Positions 1 through 10,597 are shown, numbered from the stretch's first letter. The stretch is 64,000 bases of DNA from Cyanobacteria bacterium auto_48_18 (GCA_036170915.1 JAVHQC010000026.1:64001-128000); one strand, 5' to 3'. Made by a program: numbers and translations. Notes: a model not told the origin generated them from the sequence alone.

Positions 1-6
1 TATATC

Positions 7-714
7 TTGCCCTTCCTAGATAGTGAAAAGCCGTCACCGATATTGAGCATTAATGCCGTGGGCAAGACTTATGGCGAGCATCAAGTCAGGGCTCTGCATG
101 ATGTTAGCCTGGTGATTGGACGAGGTGAGTTTGTTTCTCTTATGGGTGCCAGCGGATGTGGTAAAAGCACCCTGCTCAATGTCATTGCCGGTCTCGATAG
201 TGCCAGCAGTGGACAGATATTGTTCGACGGCAAAGACGTTACTAAGCTTAGTGATGAGCAAGTAACTGAATTACGAGCAAAAAAAATCGGATTTATCTTT
301 CAGTTTTTCAATCTACTTTCAACACTTACTGTTGAGGAAAACGTTGCCCTGCCGCTTGATCTGGCGGGCAATTTAAATTTAGCTGAACGCCAGAAGCGGG
401 TGTTGGAAATTTTGACCAGGGTGGGCATGGCCGAGCGCCTTAAGTTTTATCCAGCTCAGTTATCTGGTGGTGAGATGCAGCGCGTCGCCATTGCCAGGGC
501 ACTGGTACACAAGCCTGAGCTGATTGTGGCCGATGAACCTACCGGAAATTTAGATTCTGAGAACGGTACAAATGTGCTTGCTCTGCTCAAAGATTTGAAT
601 AAAACTTTGAAGCAAACTATTGTCATGGCCACTCACAGCGAAGAGGCAGGGGCCGTAGGCGATCGTATTGTGCGTATGAGAGATGGACTGGTCATCAGTG
701 ATTCGAAGAACTGA
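7..714 (+). CDS. ABC transporter ATP-binding protein (LolD/MacB-like)
   Basis: Walker A GASGCGKS, signature LSGGE, Walker B/D-loop [12 protein letters not shown]-loop; directly precedes a FtsX-type permease. Confidence 0.95.
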   Translation: MPFLDSEKPSPILSINAVGKTYGEHQVRALHDVSLVIGRGEFVSLMGASGCGKSTLLNVIAGLDSASSGQILFDGKDVTKLSDEQVTELRAKKIGFIFQFFNLLSTLTVEENVALPLDLAGNLNLAERQKRVLEILTRVGMAERLKFYPAQLSGGEMQRVAIARALVHKPELIVADEPTGNLDSENGTNVLALLKDLNKTLKQTIVMATHSEEAGAVGDRIVRMRDGLVISDSKN

Positions 715-722
715 ATTTTAAA

Positions 723-3428
723 ATGCTTTTTGCTTTCAATTTATTTTCACGTTTTGTCATCCGCGATGTGCGGCGCAATTGGATCAGGACTACACTGACA
801 ATCTTTGGTATTGCTCTTGGTGTCAGCGTTTACCTGGCAATTAGTATCGCCAATAATACCGCCATAAGTCGCTTTAAGCAGACGGTATCGCAAATTTCGG
901 GCAAAGCTAACATAGAGCTTTTGCCTCTTGCCGGGCCTTCTTTGAATGAAAATATATTGATCGAAATTGCTAATTTGACGCCAATTGGTGTCAAGTATAC
1001 CCCGATGATCGATGAACATTTGATTTTGACCAATTTGCCAAAGGAAGTCAGTAGAGCAAGCGAAGAGATGCCTGCGGCCGGCACCGTACCTGGTGAAATT
1101 GTGCAGCTTATTGGCATCGACATGCTCGCTGACCCTGATTTTAAAAGCTATCAATCTGACGCCGATGCAGATGGTGAACCTCAATCGGTTCTGACTGCCG
1201 GCAGCAACAAGCTGAGGGCAGACGACACTGATGCAGCTAAAAACTCGTCAGCGGAGAACTCCAGGGCTGCCCTGAGTGTGTTTAGCCCCAGAGCTGTTCT
1301 AATTGGCGGCAAACTTGCCAAACGATACAACTATAAAAAGGGCAGCACTCTAACCGTACTGGTCAACGATCAAACCGAGCACCTGAGAGTTGCAGGAGTA
1401 CTCGGTACTAGTGGCATTGGCGGTGCTTACAGCGGCAACATTGTTGTGGCCGACATTGGTCTGGCCCAGGACATCCTCCGATGGCCAGGTCAAATTACCA
1501 GGGTCGACTTGATAGTGCCTCCGAGTACCATGGCAGCCGTGCAGGAGAAGCTTTCAGCTATGGTGCCGGCAGACGTTCAGGTTGCTACACCTGACACAAG
1601 GTCTGAGCAGGCAGAAAAAATGGTGCGTTCTTTTGAATATAACCTTCTGGCACTAACATTCATTGCTCTCATGGTGGGCATGTTTCTCATCTATAACACC
1701 ATGACGATCACAATTTTACGTCGCCGTCCTGAAATCGGCATTCTCAGGGCCCTGGGTGTAAAGAAGCAAACCGTGCAGAATCTTTTCTTAGGAGAGGCCC
1801 TGGGACTGGGATTACTCGGCACTACTCTTGGTGTGATCATGGGAGCGTTCATGGCTGATGGAGCCTTAAAAGCCGTCGCTCAGACTTTTCAATATTTCTA
1901 TTTTAAAGTGCCTTTGGAGAAGGTCACCATTGATCCGCTTCAGTACGCTGCTGCTTTTGCTATCGGTATCTCACTAACACTAATAGCGGCCTTGCCTCCT
2001 TTGCTGGAAGCTCTTTCCGTTGACCCGGCCGAAGCAACCAGACGTGCTTCGCATGAAACTAAAGTGCGAAAAAGCAAAGACTATTTATTCTGGGCCGGCC
2101 TCGTTTGTCTGGCGTTGTGTTACCTATCGGCGCTGCAACCAGCCGTAAATAATTTTCCACTATTTGGTTATCTGGCCGCCTTTCTGGCGATTATGGGTAC
2201 TTCACTGCTGACACCGCTGGTGCTGGCTAAATGTCTACCAGTTATGTCCCGACTGTTGTTTCGAATGTTTGGAGTTGAAGGACGTATTGCGGCTAATTCG
2301 CTGCAGGGCACTTTAGGTAGAACGGCTGTGGCCTGTGCGTCATTAATGATCGGCATCGCCATGATGGTAAGTTTAGCTATTATGATTAGCAGCTTTAGAA
2401 AAACCGTCACTCACTGGATTGATCAAAGTTTTGAAGCCGATCTCTGGTTGCAATCACGGGCGCGCGCCTCAGGCAACAAGTATGGCCGCCTGAAGGAGAC
2501 TGTCATACCAGCAGTCAATGCTGTTGCTGGAGTGGCCGCGGCTGAGGGTTTTGTCGACAGGAAAATTGACTATCAGGGCATGAGCGCTTTTCTTGCCGCT
2601 GCCGATTTTGATGTATTGACTAGTTACGGCAATCAATTATTTTTATCTGGGGAAGATAGCAAATCTGTTTGTAGCAGAGTGCGCGGCATGCGAGCGATTA
2701 TTTCAGAACCATTTGCGGTGCGAAAGAATCTGAAAAAAGGCGATGCAGTTTTGATAGACACTCCTGCCGGAAAGAAAAGCTTCATCATAGAAGATGTCTT
2801 TTATGATTATGCCAGCGATCTCGGATACGTAATTATTCCCCGCGATGTTTACAAAGAGCTTTATCACGACGACACAGTATCAAGCGTGGCTATTTATCTA
2901 AAAGATGGAGCTGATATTGAAGCCGTGCGACAGGGCATTCTCAAGGCGATGAACAAGAATTCGCTGGTGGCCTTATCGAGCACGAGCGAACTACGTAAAG
3001 AAGCAATTCGTATTTTTGACCGCACTTTCGCCATTACTTATGCACTCCATACAATCGCTGTAACTGTGGCCATGCTTTCAATTATGAATGCCCTCTTTGC
3101 TCTGACGATCGAGTCTAAGCGAGAATTTGCAATTTTGCGTTATTTCGGCGCTAAGAAAACTCAGCTGGCTAAAATCGTTTATTTGCAAGCCGCCATCCTT
3201 GGCTTCTGCGGTAATACAGGTGGTATCGGATTAGGATTTATTCTTTCATTGCTATTGATTCACGTAATCAATAAACAATCATTCGGCTGGAGTGTGCAGT
3301 ATTCCATTCCTTTCGACTTTATATTGCAGTCTAGTACTTTGGTAATTTTGACTTCGATATTGTCTGGAATTTATCCAGCTAAAATAGCCGCCAAAACTTT
3401 GGCACCGTCAGTGGTGCGCGATGAGTAA
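723..3428 (+). CDS. FtsX/MacB-family ABC permease (double FtsX domain)
   Basis: 901 aa with two periplasmic domains and multiple TM clusters; motifs RRPEIGILRALG and KREFAILRYFGA. Confidence 0.9.
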   Translation: MLFAFNLFSRFVIRDVRRNWIRTTLTIFGIALGVSVYLAISIANNTAISRFKQTVSQISGKANIELLPLAGPSLNENILIEIANLTPIGVKYTPMIDEHLILTNLPKEVSRASEEMPAAGTVPGEIVQLIGIDMLADPDFKSYQSDADADGEPQSVLTAGSNKLRADDTDAAKNSSAENSRAALSVFSPRAVLIGGKLAKRYNYKKGSTLTVLVNDQTEHLRVAGVLGTSGIGGAYSGNIVVADIGLAQDILRWPGQITRVDLIVPPSTMAAVQEKLSAMVPADVQVATPDTRSEQAEKMVRSFEYNLLALTFIALMVGMFLIYNTMTITILRRRPEIGILRALGVKKQTVQNLFLGEALGLGLLGTTLGVIMGAFMADGALKAVAQTFQYFYFKVPLEKVTIDPLQYAAAFAIGISLTLIAALPPLLEALSVDPAEATRRASHETKVRKSKDYLFWAGLVCLALCYLSALQPAVNNFPLFGYLAAFLAIMGTSLLTPLVLAKCLPVMSRLLFRMFGVEGRIAANSLQGTLGRTAVACASLMIGIAMMVSLAIMISSFRKTVTHWIDQSFEADLWLQSRARASGNKYGRLKETVIPAVNAVAGVAAAEGFVDRKIDYQGMSAFLAAADFDVLTSYGNQLFLSGEDSKSVCSRVRGMRAIISEPFAVRKNLKKGDAVLIDTPAGKKSFIIEDVFYDYASDLGYVIIPRDVYKELYHDDTVSSVAIYLKDGADIEAVRQGILKAMNKNSLVALSSTSELRKEAIRIFDRTFAITYALHTIAVTVAMLSIMNALFALTIESKREFAILRYFGAKKTQLAKIVYLQAAILGFCGNTGGIGLGFILSLLLIHVINKQSFGWSVQYSIPFDFILQSSTLVILTSILSGIYPAKIAAKTLAPSVVRDE

Positions 3429-3494
3429 AACTATGATTAGGCAAGAAATTATTATTAGGCAAAACGAGCAGAGAACAATTGCTGAGGTAAAGGT

Positions 3495-4601
3495 ATGAAT
3501 GGCTTGAGGACACTGGCACTGCTTATTTTGCTGGTTTTGAACTTAATCACTCCAGCTTTTGCCCTACAGAAGGTTTATAAGCAGGCACTGCCCGGCTATC
3601 AGTATAAGTTTCCGCAAGACCATTTCAGTCACGACCAGTTTCGTACTGAATGGTGGTACTACACTGGCCATTTAACTACTGATGATAAACGCAAGTTTGG
3701 CTATGAACTAACTTTCTTTCGCACCGGAGCTGATGACCAGCCTGCCAACAAAAATTCTGTCTGGAAAATGGATAATTTCTATCTGGCGCACTTTGCCGTT
3801 ACCGATGAAAACGGCAAAAAGTTTAGCTACAAGGAAAAGCTTAACCGAGCCGGTTTGAAGCTGGCGGGAGCCCGCGAAGATGCTTTCTATATTTTTAACG
3901 AAGGTTGGTCTGTTGAGAAAATTGGCGAGCATTATTTGCTGCGAGCCGATGCTCCAGATTATTCGATTCATTTACTGCTAGATTCACTTAAGCCCCCAGT
4001 GATTCATGGAGTCAATGGTGTCAGTCAAAAAGCCAACTGTGTAGGTTGTGCTTCTCATTATTATTCGATGACCAGATTGAAAACCGCCGGCACTTTATTT
4101 ATTGGTGAGAAACCATATGCGGTGACTGGACTGAGTTGGATGGATCATGAATTTGGTTCCAACCAATTGACGGCTGATCAATCTGGATGGGACTGGTATT
4201 CAATTCAGCTTGATGATAATCGCGAGCTCATGCTTTATATTTTGAGACGCGCCGATGGCACGGTAGAAAAGCAATCTAGCGGCACAATAATTAACGCCGA
4301 TGGTAGCAGCAAACATATTTTGCTTTCTGATTTTACTGTCACTCCTACCGGCAGCTGGACTAGCAGCAAAACTAAGGGCAAATACCCAATGGGCTGGAAG
4401 ATTTCTGTGCCTTCCGCCGGGCTCGACCTCATGCTCTCTCCCAATTTGCTCGATCAAGAACTCGTTACTGGACGCTCTACTGCAATTACTTACTGGGAAG
4501 GCTCTGTATCGGTCAAGGGCACGTCGAACAGGAAACCTGTGCTCGGCCAGGGATACGTTGAGATGACAGGCTATGCTGAAAAATTTAAACAAAAGCTGTA
4601 A
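3495..4601 (+). CDS. AttH/CrtC-like lipocalin-domain secreted protein
   Basis: Signal peptide; motifs FPQDH..H..EWWYYTG, WMDHEFG, GWDW, YWEG, GYVEMTGY; usual partner of this ABC pair. Confidence 0.85.
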   Translation: MNGLRTLALLILLVLNLITPAFALQKVYKQALPGYQYKFPQDHFSHDQFRTEWWYYTGHLTTDDKRKFGYELTFFRTGADDQPANKNSVWKMDNFYLAHFAVTDENGKKFSYKEKLNRAGLKLAGAREDAFYIFNEGWSVEKIGEHYLLRADAPDYSIHLLLDSLKPPVIHGVNGVSQKANCVGCASHYYSMTRLKTAGTLFIGEKPYAVTGLSWMDHEFGSNQLTADQSGWDWYSIQLDDNRELMLYILRRADGTVEKQSSGTIINADGSSKHILLSDFTVTPTGSWTSSKTKGKYPMGWKISVPSAGLDLMLSPNLLDQELVTGRSTAITYWEGSVSVKGTSNRKPVLGQGYVEMTGYAEKFKQKL

Positions 4602-4659
4602 ACGCTAGCCTGCTTTAGTTGTTAGACTGTTGACTGTAAAGGGCGCCCTGCGAGGATTT

Positions 4660-5178
4660 ATGAGATTTATTGCTTCGTTGACTTCAGGTTTGCTTACGGC
4701 TGCGGCCTGCATGGTCACTACGGTTAATCCTGCAATGGCAGAGGTCTTACCTAACACTGGCACCTACTTCATTACCAACGTGGCCAGCGGTGAGGCTTTG
4801 CAGCCAAATGGGCCAACAGCCGGTCAGAATGTGTTCCTTGTTCCTTACAACAAAAGCGGCCGCCAGAAGTGGGTAATCACTCGTCAGGTAGATCTTCAAA
4901 CTCACAAGCCGACTGATCGCTATTTAGTCAGATTGGCTGGAGAAGACACGACCTTAGTGATGCAACCACATCCTGTTTCTGACTGCAATGCCATTATTAC
5001 CCCGGGCAAATCTTTGATGCAGCTAAAAATCGCTCCTGAAGGTTTTGTCATTAAGAGCGTGGATATGAACGGCGACGCCATGTGTGCCGTGCACGTCGAA
5101 GGTGGTAACACCGAAACCCACTTTAAGCCAGACGACGGTTCAGCTGCTTTTCGCTGGAAATTGGACCCTACTGACTGA
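4660..5178 (+). CDS. secreted ricin-B (beta-trefoil) lectin-like protein
   Basis: ATG after GAGG; signal peptide ending AMA; GTYFITNVASGEAL...QKW resembles ricin-B repeats. Confidence 0.6.
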   Translation: MRFIASLTSGLLTAAACMVTTVNPAMAEVLPNTGTYFITNVASGEALQPNGPTAGQNVFLVPYNKSGRQKWVITRQVDLQTHKPTDRYLVRLAGEDTTLVMQPHPVSDCNAIITPGKSLMQLKIAPEGFVIKSVDMNGDAMCAVHVEGGNTETHFKPDDGSAAFRWKLDPTD

Positions 5179-5269
5179 TCAAGCCGTTTAACCCGGTTTG
5201 AAATCAGGTGGTTGCGGGTAAATCAATTTTGGAAGTTCTGAACTTTCTCTATTTAGACGTGCAGCTGGA

Positions 5270-5815
5270 GTGAATATGGCATCCAAATTTGAGATTTCTG
5301 ACGATAAGCAACAGGCTAATAAGCCTGAGCAAAAGGCCCTCTATGATATGGATCAGATGAAGAAACCGCCATTGAACACAATGAGCTATGACGTCAATAA
5401 ACCGGCTCCCCGACTTGATGGACCAAAGCTGCCTGACCTTATAATTGAGCCTTCGGTAGAAACAAATGACCGCTATCAGAAGTTTGCCAGGCAAGCAGCT
5501 GAGTTTGTCGCTATCAATGGCAACTTTAATATTGACATGCGGCGTGCTGTTAAGGATGCCAACGAGAATGACAAGCTTCTTGGTGGTGGTCACAAAACCG
5601 TGGATCAGCTTCTCAGATACATGAACAAGGAGATGGCAGGGACTTACTTTTCTGTCATTCGGCAGAGAGATAATATTGTAATGCTTGATTCTCGGGATAA
5701 TCAGAATTTGAAGCATGATGCGAAAGGCAATGCTATTGTTCGTCCGCGTGTTGTTTGGAACATCAATAAAGAGCCTTATGACCCGAGATATAATCAGGGC
5801 GACACGAAGAAGTAA
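5270..5815 (+). CDS. hypothetical protein
   Basis: 181-aa hydrophilic ORF with GGAG RBS, followed by a terminator. Confidence 0.7.
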   Translation: MNMASKFEISDDKQQANKPEQKALYDMDQMKKPPLNTMSYDVNKPAPRLDGPKLPDLIIEPSVETNDRYQKFARQAAEFVAINGNFNIDMRRAVKDANENDKLLGGGHKTVDQLLRYMNKEMAGTYFSVIRQRDNIVMLDSRDNQNLKHDAKGNAIVRPRVVWNINKEPYDPRYNQGDTKK

Positions 5816-5839
5816 GTAGAATTTGCTAGCGTTTTTGAT

Positions 5840-5872
5840 ACGTCGTCGGCTGTGGCTGGCGACGTTTTTTTT
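5840..5872 (+). terminator. Rho-independent terminator
   Basis: ACGTCGTCGGC-TGTG-GCTGGCGACGT stem (with G-U pairs) followed by a T run. Confidence 0.75.
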
Positions 5873-5915
5873 GTTTCTGTCATAGTCGGAGCACCCTGGC
5901 CATGCCAGCTTTTGG

Positions 5916-6308
5916 TCAGCGAATGCGATTGGAAATTTCCAGAAAGACAAAGCTAAAGGTAATGCCCATCAAAAATAAGCCTAGAAAAATGTGCCAGATT
6001 AAAGCGGCCTGCCTCTCACTCAATGTGCGCATGATGCCGATACGACTCAATACATAAAAAAGCAGAGCGGCAAGGGCAATTACCGACACTACGAGGCGTG
6101 CCCACCCACCTGCCAGTACGGCAGCCATTAAAGCGAAACTGGTGGCAGGTACCATCATGGCCGACAGGTGGTCAGACTGGCGAAGAGTTTTGCCTTGAGA
6201 ATTCACAGAATTGCGAACATGTTTGGCTGATTCGCTAATGTTTTCGAAGAATCCGAGGCGTTGCACCTTAATAGGCTGCTCCGTTTTTTCAAGGTCACCT
6301 TGATTCAT
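5916..6308 (-). CDS. hypothetical membrane protein
   Basis: 130 aa with about three hydrophobic segments; RBS upstream. Confidence 0.7.
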   Translation of the reverse strand: MNQGDLEKTEQPIKVQRLGFFENISESAKHVRNSVNSQGKTLRQSDHLSAMMVPATSFALMAAVLAGGWARLVVSVIALAALLFYVLSRIGIMRTLSERQAALIWHIFLGLFLMGITFSFVFLEISNRIR

Positions 6309-6397
6309 CGCTTCTCCGCCTCAGTTTGCATTTGTCTTCAAACAAAGTATTCCACAAAGAATGCTTACAGTATCAGCAGGCATTTATCGGCCGCTTT

Positions 6398-7090
6398 TTA
6401 CGGGCGCACTTCAGACGACGGGCAGATATCATTGATAGGGCACCTTGGACAATCAGGCTTTCGAGCAAAGCAGCAGCGCCGGCCGTGGAAAATCATGGTA
6501 ATTGAGAGCTTTGACCAGTCTTGACCAGGAAAAAGCTTTTGCAGCGCGAGCTCGATTTTGTAGGGGTCTGTTTCTTTGGTGAAACCGAGACGGTGAGATA
6601 AGCGCTGAACGTGCGTATCCACGCTCCAGCCTGATACTCCATGAGCAACACCTAAGACTACGTTAGCTGTTTTTCGGCCTACTCCTGGTAATGCAGTCAG
6701 ATGATCGTGAACTGTGGGTACTACGCCACCGTGTTTGGTGACAATTTCTTGAGCGCAAGCTTGAATATTTTTTGCCTTCGCATTGAAAAATCCAGTTTGC
6801 TTAATCAGTTTTTTGATATGTTCAATGTCAGCGCTGGCCAGATCTTTAGCGGTTGGATAGTGCCGGAATAATTCGGGCGTCACTTTGTTGATGGTAACGT
6901 CTGTAGACTGCGCTGAAAGTATGACGGCAATCAGGAGTTGAAAATCGGTCTTATAATCGAGCTCACACTCTGCTTCGGGGTAGGTCTGCAGTAAAGTATT
7001 AACTTCGCGTTGAGCAACCGCTTTTGGTACTAGTTTGACTTTCTTCTCTGCTGGTTTTTTAGCCAGACTTTTTTCTGCCTTGCCTGCCAT
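6398..7090 (-). CDS. nth: endonuclease III
   Basis: LIAVILSAQSTD, HhH motif LPGVGRKTAN, VDTHV, 4Fe-4S motif CFARKPDCPRCPINDIC. Confidence 0.96.
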   Translation of the reverse strand: MAGKAEKSLAKKPAEKKVKLVPKAVAQREVNTLLQTYPEAECELDYKTDFQLLIAVILSAQSTDVTINKVTPELFRHYPTAKDLASADIEHIKKLIKQTGFFNAKAKNIQACAQEIVTKHGGVVPTVHDHLTALPGVGRKTANVVLGVAHGVSGWSVDTHVQRLSHRLGFTKETDPYKIELALQKLFPGQDWSKLSITMIFHGRRCCFARKPDCPRCPINDICPSSEVRP

Positions 7091-7100
7091 ATCAATTGAA

Positions 7101-8147
7101 TTATTCTCCGGGTCCCGGGCTGCTAACTGCTAAAACTTTTGCGCCATCACCTATAGTGCTGGCGACCCACAGGTCAATGGGATCATACTTAGTTGCACAG
7201 GCAATTTCGTTGGCCTGGCAATAATCTTCATAAAAATCAAGTTTCAGCTTTTCGGCTGCTGTACTGTCGCTTGCAACAGCAAATATAGTCGGACCACTAC
7301 CGGTCATATGGCAAGCCATTGCACCAAGTTTGAGGAACGTTTGCTTGATGTCTTTTAATTCCTGATAGTGTGGAAATACTACTTGTTCAAAGTCATTGCC
7401 AAAGGCTTTTAAAGATTCGGCTAGTTTGCCTTCACCTAAATACCGCGCAGCGAAATCTCCGGGCAGCGACTCAGTCATGTAGCGATCTTTTAGTTTCTCA
7501 TGCAAATGAAAAATTTCCGTAGCCTGATCATAGGCCTGATATACCCAGGGAGTTGAAATTGAAAGGTGCCTGGGTTTGGCAATAACTAGATGTATAGGCT
7601 CGGCTACAGGTAAAGCCTCAGATAAGATGTCACCACGGCCGGTGCCAATTCTCAGGCCACCAGCTAAACAGAAAGGCACATCGGCGCCGAGCTTTGTTGC
7701 TAATTCCATTAACTGGGCGGAGCTCAGTTGCCCTTTAAAGTATTGATTCATAGCCAACAGTGCAGCTGCCGCATTGGCGGAACCACCGGCCATACCGGCA
7801 CCAATAGGAATATCTTTTTTGATTGAGACATCAATTTGCAAGCTGCGTGGATTATCTATGCTCGACAAATAAAGGCGAGCCGCTTTAGCAATGAGGTTTT
7901 CGCCGCCCAGTGGAAATTCGCTTTTAATTGCTCCATTTGCCAGCTTTAGATTGACCGAGGGCTCGCGAGATGGCGAGAAGGCAAAGCTGAGGTGATCTGC
8001 TAAATTAATGGCACTCATCAGAGTGCGCACCTCGTGATAGCCGTCGGGCAATGTGCCCGTGATTTCAAAAGTAAAATTGAGTTTGGCTGGTGCCAGTACA
8101 TCAATGATGTTAGACGAGTTTAGATTCTTGTTTAGATTCTGGTTCAT
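7101..8147 (-). CDS. ispE: 4-diphosphocytidyl-2-C-methyl-D-erythritol kinase
   Basis: APAKLN, GYHE, KDIPIGAGMAGGSANAAA, LGADVPFC, MTGSGPT. Confidence 0.96.
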   Translation of the reverse strand: MNQNLNKNLNSSNIIDVLAPAKLNFTFEITGTLPDGYHEVRTLMSAINLADHLSFAFSPSREPSVNLKLANGAIKSEFPLGGENLIAKAARLYLSSIDNPRSLQIDVSIKKDIPIGAGMAGGSANAAAALLAMNQYFKGQLSSAQLMELATKLGADVPFCLAGGLRIGTGRGDILSEALPVAEPIHLVIAKPRHLSISTPWVYQAYDQATEIFHLHEKLKDRYMTESLPGDFAARYLGEGKLAESLKAFGNDFEQVVFPHYQELKDIKQTFLKLGAMACHMTGSGPTIFAVASDSTAAEKLKLDFYEDYCQANEIACATKYDPIDLWVASTIGDGAKVLAVSSPGPGE

Positions 8148-9015
8148 GGCGACGTTTTTCTTGAATAGCGTCCGATAGCATAGCGAAAGTAGTAAGGGGC
8201 AAATTTTCAGCTCTGGCTGATGGTGCGACTTTCAAATTTTCGAATATTTCACTGAGCGTTTCCTGGCTCAACTGCGTGAAAGCCAGATTATTGCGCAACA
8301 TTTTTCTTCTTTCTCGAAAACCTCCGGCAATCACCTTACGAAGAAATTCGGGATTTTCCGTAACTACGCTTGGTTTAGTCAGTGTAGTCATTTGCACCAC
8401 CGCCGATTCTACATCTGGTTGAGGCACAAACATTTCTTTGCCGATAGACAATATCAATTTGCAAACGCTGTAGTAGTTGCTGAGCAGCGTTAACTGGCCA
8501 TAGGTTTTGTTGCCTGGTTCTGCCGAAAGCCGCAGAGCTACCTCCCTCTGTACGGTCATGGTCAGACTGGCAATTGAGGGCAGCCAGGGGCTAGGCTCGC
8601 CAATCTCACCGAATACGTGGCTGATAATAGGTGTAGTAATCTGATAAGGCACGTTGCCCACGATTTTGATCTTCTTTCCTGTTGCCACCGCTGCTGGTGC
8701 AATGGAACTGATGTCAAAATCGAGAATGTCACCGTGAATGACCGTGAGATTAGGACATTTTTGCTCTTGCAAATGAGCTACCATCTCTCTATCAAGTTCA
8801 ATGGCGAAGACTTTCGCACCAGTTTCAAGTAAAACTTCCGTAAGAAAACCGAGTCCGGGTCCAATTTCTAGAACGATATCATCAGCACTTAAATTTAGGC
8901 TGTCTACAATTTTTGAGAGCACTGACGGTTCGATCAAAAAGTTTTGACCAAGTCTTTTTTTTGCTCGTACTTTGGAGGCTTTTTTAAGAAGCGCTTCTCT
9001 AGTGGTTGAAGGCAA
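8110..9015 (-). CDS. rsmA: 16S rRNA m6,2A dimethyltransferase
   Basis: KKRLGQNFL, VLEIGPGLG, GNVPYQIT, RRKMLRNNL; overlaps ispE start. Confidence 0.96.
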   Translation of the reverse strand: MPSTTREALLKKASKVRAKKRLGQNFLIEPSVLSKIVDSLNLSADDIVLEIGPGLGFLTEVLLETGAKVFAIELDREMVAHLQEQKCPNLTVIHGDILDFDISSIAPAAVATGKKIKIVGNVPYQITTPIISHVFGEIGEPSPWLPSIASLTMTVQREVALRLSAEPGNKTYGQLTLLSNYYSVCKLILSIGKEMFVPQPDVESAVVQMTTLTKPSVVTENPEFLRKVIAGGFRERRKMLRNNLAFTQLSQETLSEIFENLKVAPSARAENLPLTTFAMLSDAIQEKRRHEPESKQESKLV

Positions 9016-9045
9016 TCGTTTTTTATTCCTGAGGTCCGGCCCGAA

Positions 9046-10476
9046 TCAATCGACGTTGATTTTACTGGCCGGTATATTCTGTTCGGTAGTTCTGCGACCA
9101 TTATTGTTCTTGTGATTGTTTTGAGGCGCTTCGTAACCTTCGGCACCAGGCTCAAGCGGCGGCTTTCTGGTCAAGCGTAGTTTGATGATTCTATGCCTGT
9201 CAGACTCTTCCACACGCAAAACGCAATTATCTGCTTCGATTTCGTCGCCGGGCACGGGCTCTCGGCCCAGGGCGCCGAATACGTGCCCACCAATAGTGTT
9301 AAATTCTTCGTCTTCGATGTTGATGTTGAGCTTTTCATTCGCTTCTTCAAGCGTGAGCTTGGCGTCTAAAATATACGAGCCATCTGGTTCGATATGAATA
9401 AATTCTTCTACAATCTCGTGTTCGTCGGCAATGTCGCCAACTAACTCTTCAAGCAAATCTTCCAGTGTGACGATACCTTGAGTGCCCCCATATTCATCCA
9501 TAACAATGGCCATATGAGTTTTAGTGAGCTTGAACTCTGTGAGCAAATCTTTGAGATTTTTATTCTCCGGCACAATCAAAATGTTTCTTGTAAATTCGCG
9601 CACAGACGAATTTTCTTTATGCTCAACCATTGCTCTCAGGCCGTCTCTGATGTGCACCATGCCAAATATGTTATCCATGTCTTCTTCGAAAACAGGTATG
9701 CGTGAATGGCCCCACTTTAAAGCTTCATTGACGAATTCGCGAATGGTGGCGGTGGCAGGCACACAAACAAGGTCAATTCTCGGAGTCATCACCTCTGAAG
9801 CAATAGTGTCGGAAAAATCAAACACGCTATGCAGCATTTCTTCTTCGTCTGGCTCTAGCACCCCTTCGTCATGGGAGGCTGTGACCAGCATTTTCAATTC
9901 TTCTTCTGAGTGCACCGAGTGAATTGAAGGAGGGTCTTTTATTTTCAACAGCTTCACAACTACTTCTGTAGTTTTTTGCAGCACCACTAGAAACGGCGAA
10001 GTGAGCAGGCACCAGAAGTGCATTGGATAAACAGTAAATAAAATCACTGTTTCTGCTCTTGAATAGGTGAGCATTTTAGGCAGCAGTTCGCCGCCAACAG
10101 TTTGAATGTAAGCAGTGAGAGCGAAAGCAAAAGCAAAAGAAAGCAGTGATAAAGTTTTTAGCGTTGATTCAGGTAGATTGGCTTGCACACCCAGGTGTCT
10201 GCTCCACTCAGAGAGATTTTCAGCCAGAGCGCTTTCGCCGGCGGCACCAAGTAAGAGCGTGGCGATTGTGATACCTAACTGGCAGGCCGAAATAAAGCGT
10301 TCCGGATCTGCTAAGTAAATTTGTACTTTTTTGGCAAAGAGATTTTCGCGCTCGGCTAATTGATCAATACGCGTGCGCCTTACGCGCACAAGCGCCATTT
10401 CAGCCGCCACAAAGAAGGCATTGAAGAGAATTAAAACTGGAATCCACATTATTTGGTACAAAGCAAAATCAGACAA
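9046..10476 (-). CDS. HlyC/CorC (CNNM/DUF21-CBS-CorC) family transporter, probably Mg2+/Co2+ homeostasis
   Basis: NAFFVAAEMAL, QLGIT, GELLPK, VMTPR, HSRIPV, DEYGGTQGIVTLEDLLEELVG; TTG start. Confidence 0.93.
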   Translation of the reverse strand: MSDFALYQIMWIPVLILFNAFFVAAEMALVRVRRTRIDQLAERENLFAKKVQIYLADPERFISACQLGITIATLLLGAAGESALAENLSEWSRHLGVQANLPESTLKTLSLLSFAFAFALTAYIQTVGGELLPKMLTYSRAETVILFTVYPMHFWCLLTSPFLVVLQKTTEVVVKLLKIKDPPSIHSVHSEEELKMLVTASHDEGVLEPDEEEMLHSVFDFSDTIASEVMTPRIDLVCVPATATIREFVNEALKWGHSRIPVFEEDMDNIFGMVHIRDGLRAMVEHKENSSVREFTRNILIVPENKNLKDLLTEFKLTKTHMAIVMDEYGGTQGIVTLEDLLEELVGDIADEHEIVEEFIHIEPDGSYILDAKLTLEEANEKLNINIEDEEFNTIGGHVFGALGREPVPGDEIEADNCVLRVEESDRHRIIKLRLTRKPPLEPGAEGYEAPQNNHKNNNGRRTTEQNIPASKINVD

Positions 10477-10597
10477 CGCTAACTGCGCTGCCTGTCTCCT
10501 TTTCTACCAATGCAAGATTGCACGAAAGTTTTAAAGGTCGCCCCGGAAGAGGGTCTTCGGAAGCTTGTTCTGAGCCACTACTATGAGTATCTTCCAT
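10469..10597 (-). CDS. putative leader peptide (uORF, 42 aa) of the corC-family gene
   Basis: Hand-translated MEDTHSSGSEQASEDPLPGRPLKLSCNLALVEKETGSAVSVV*; its TGA (10471-10469) lies just inside the corC ORF start. Confidence 0.45.
   Translation of the reverse strand: MEDTHSSGSEQASEDPLPGRPLKLSCNLALVEKETGSAVSVV

Noticed and set aside
7..4601. ABC + FtsX permease + AttH module as a novel system
   Set aside because: A widespread, already known gene trio
5249..5950. 233-aa minus-strand ORF
   Set aside because: Antisense shadow of 5270..5815, which has an RBS and a terminator; its composition is unnatural
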